This document shows, piece after piece, positions 52,348-64,000 of a stretch of 64,000 bases of DNA. The notes under the pieces are model-generated. The model did no database searches and was not told the origin of the DNA. It worked only from the letters and a program-made list of their open reading frames with translations. The position numbers and the translations under genes are program-made. The stretch lies in NCBI RefSeq assembly GCF_009914755.1, contig NC_060935.1; one strand, 5' to 3'. Positions within the stretch are counted from its first letter, which is position 1. Each line of letters begins with the position of its first letter. The DNA comes from the human T2T-CHM13v2.0 reference genome, Homo sapiens.

Positions 52348-53280
52348 GTTTTCATCTGATTCATCTGATTATCAGTGGTGGCTCTGAACCCTGTGAAGCT
52401 TAAGAACCACTGGAAGAGAAAAATTCATGGACTGCTTCTTTCTGACAATTTTCTAATCACACAGGAGTCTTTTAACTGCTCGATTGGGCTTCCAGGTGCC
52501 AGGGCTACCTGGCATGCAATGCAGCTTGCTGTACTGCTGACTTGAGCATGGAGCAGGTCTGCCTCACTGGTCAGCTGGCAGGCTCAGGATCAGCATTTAC
52601 TTAGGAAAGTTGAGGAGCCTGGCAAGGACACAGACATAAATAGAAAGCAAAGAGGCAGGCTAAGATTTTCCTCAGGAAGCATTTGGATACACTCCAGTGC
52701 ACAGACAAAAGGGTAATTGAGCCCCCAGTATTCTCCATCAGAGCACGAACAGCAATAATTTTTGCTTGGAAAAAATTTAAAGCAGGTGGGCCAAATACCC
52801 AATTTGTTCACAAAATATTTTCGTAAACACCCATGGAATATTTAACCTTGAAAAATAGAGTTTCCTTGTGCCCTTTCCATGCTAAATTGTTTGCCGAACA
52901 TACAACTCTGTGACTTGAATTTGTGAACTTGTTTCTTAGGGTTATTGGCCACAAGTCAGTTTAATATTGGAGGCTGTCTACAAAAAAATAATGACTTTGT
53001 TTTTAGAAGCACTTGATTTGTGGTCCTGTTTTACAACATTAATTAGATAGTAGGTATGCTATCTATTAAGGTTAGTCTCAGCTCATGACACTATGGAATC
53101 TGTGAATAAGTGAATACCCTTCTTTCTATCTGTTATAACAAAGGAGTAATATCCTGATAGCCTAATCACCTAAGAGATGCTAATTTAACAGAAGAAAGGC
53201 CAGAATAAATATCCATTTTATTTCTTTGGAAGATGCTATCTGAGCCATCAGAAGAATACCTTTATTGGGTAGGTCCTGGA

Positions 53281-53428
53281 TAAGGTGTTGGCAAACCACA
53301 GTCTACTGGCCACATCTGGCCAGCAGCATTTTTTTGTGTGGCCTGCAAGCTAAAAATGTTTTTTTTAATATATTTAACAGATTGAAATAAATCAGAAGAA
53401 GAATAATATTTTTTGACATATAAAAATT
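53281..53428. mobile_element. MER58B-like 5' part, truncated at the L1 junction
   Basis: aggtgttggcaaaccacag...ggccacatctggcc...gcaagctaaaaatg...agaagaataatattttttgaca. Confidence 0.65.
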
Positions 53429-56745
<3,317 letters not shown>

Positions 56746-57559
56746 TTACATTTAGATGAAATATCCAAAAGTAATAGATAATAAAGGAAATGTTCTTAAA
56801 AATGGGAAATAACATTTTTGAATCATTTGGTTAATTATTTCAACAAATATTTATTGATAAATTACTATGTGCCTAAGATCATCATGACCAGGGTATTCAT
56901 AATAGACCCAAAATCAAAAATCAGGTGATAGAGACCATCCTTGACCAGTTATGGGCACAAGAAATTTTGCTCAGATGTTTTAGTTACCTTGAGAACTTTG
57001 TTTTAATCAACTGTATGAAATGAGAGTTTATTACTAGGCCTCAATAAGAAAGTGGCCCAGGATCTACAAGGTCTGAATAATTGCCCCTCCTTTGTAAAGC
57101 TGTGAAAATTAAGTGTCCTGTATCTAAGTCACTAAATGCATGCCTCTTGTAATTATTTTCTGAATGCCCATTGCTAGTTGTTATGGCATGGATCAATTAG
57201 AAGGGCAGAAGTTTACAATAAGATCAAGAGTTACCAGTGGTTTCTCTCTTCCTTGAAGTTATTGTTTAACCACAAATGAGGTGAGTGTAAATCCTAGGAT
57301 ACAGCACAAGGTTAAAATGTATTTATTGTTTTTTTTCCTGATTTTCTTTTTTTTTAAATTTTATTATTATTATACTTTAAGTTTTAGGGTACGTGTGCAC
57401 AACATGCAGGTTTGTTACATATGTATACGTGTGCCATGCTGGTGTGCTGCACCAGTTAACTCATCATTTAGCATTAGGTATATCTCCTAAAGCTATCCCT
57501 CCCCCTTCCCCCCACCCCACAACAGTCCCCAGAGTGTGATGTTCCCCTTCCTGTGTCCA

Positions 57560-61404
<3,845 letters not shown>

Positions 61405-61452
61405 TTATTTTGCTCATTAGTTGATGCAGTTTCTTCCTAGACTTGATGGTCT

Positions 61453-63839
<2,387 letters not shown>

Positions 63840-64000
63840 CTTCGTGGTTTTATCTACCTTTCGTCTTTGATGATGGTGACGTACAGATTGGTTTTTGGCG
63901 TGGATGTCCTTTCTGTTTGTTAGTTTTCCTTCTAACAGACAGGACCCTCAGTGGCAGGTCTGTTGCAGTTTGCTAGAAGTCCACTCCAGACCCTGTTTGT

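Overview
Primate (human-like) non-coding, repeat-dense genomic DNA, judged from its Alu, L1PA and MaLR content. I can support no intact protein-coding gene, RNA gene or CRISPR array. Two decayed processed pseudogenes are recognisable: ATF7IP2 (3' part, + strand, about 1-1410) and HMGN1 (- strand, 44195-45380). The rest is a mosaic of Alu, L1 (L1M to L1PA), L2/MIR, LTR (MaLR, ERVL, ERV1) and hAT DNA transposon remnants, often nested. I do not see a new biological system. The notable signals concern genome mechanics. (1) A younger L1PA is inserted into ORF1 of an older long L1PA, and the two share three perfectly identical 153-164 bp tracts between diverged stretches, suggesting gene conversion. 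(2) A TSD-flanked, polyadenylated orphan retro-insertion places L2 sequence inside an L1MB. (3) A 140-bp locally templated insertion sits inside an LTR. (4) There are several non-TE short duplications. Repeat family names come from remembered consensus sequences and boundaries were read by eye, so they need RepeatMasker/Dfam confirmation.
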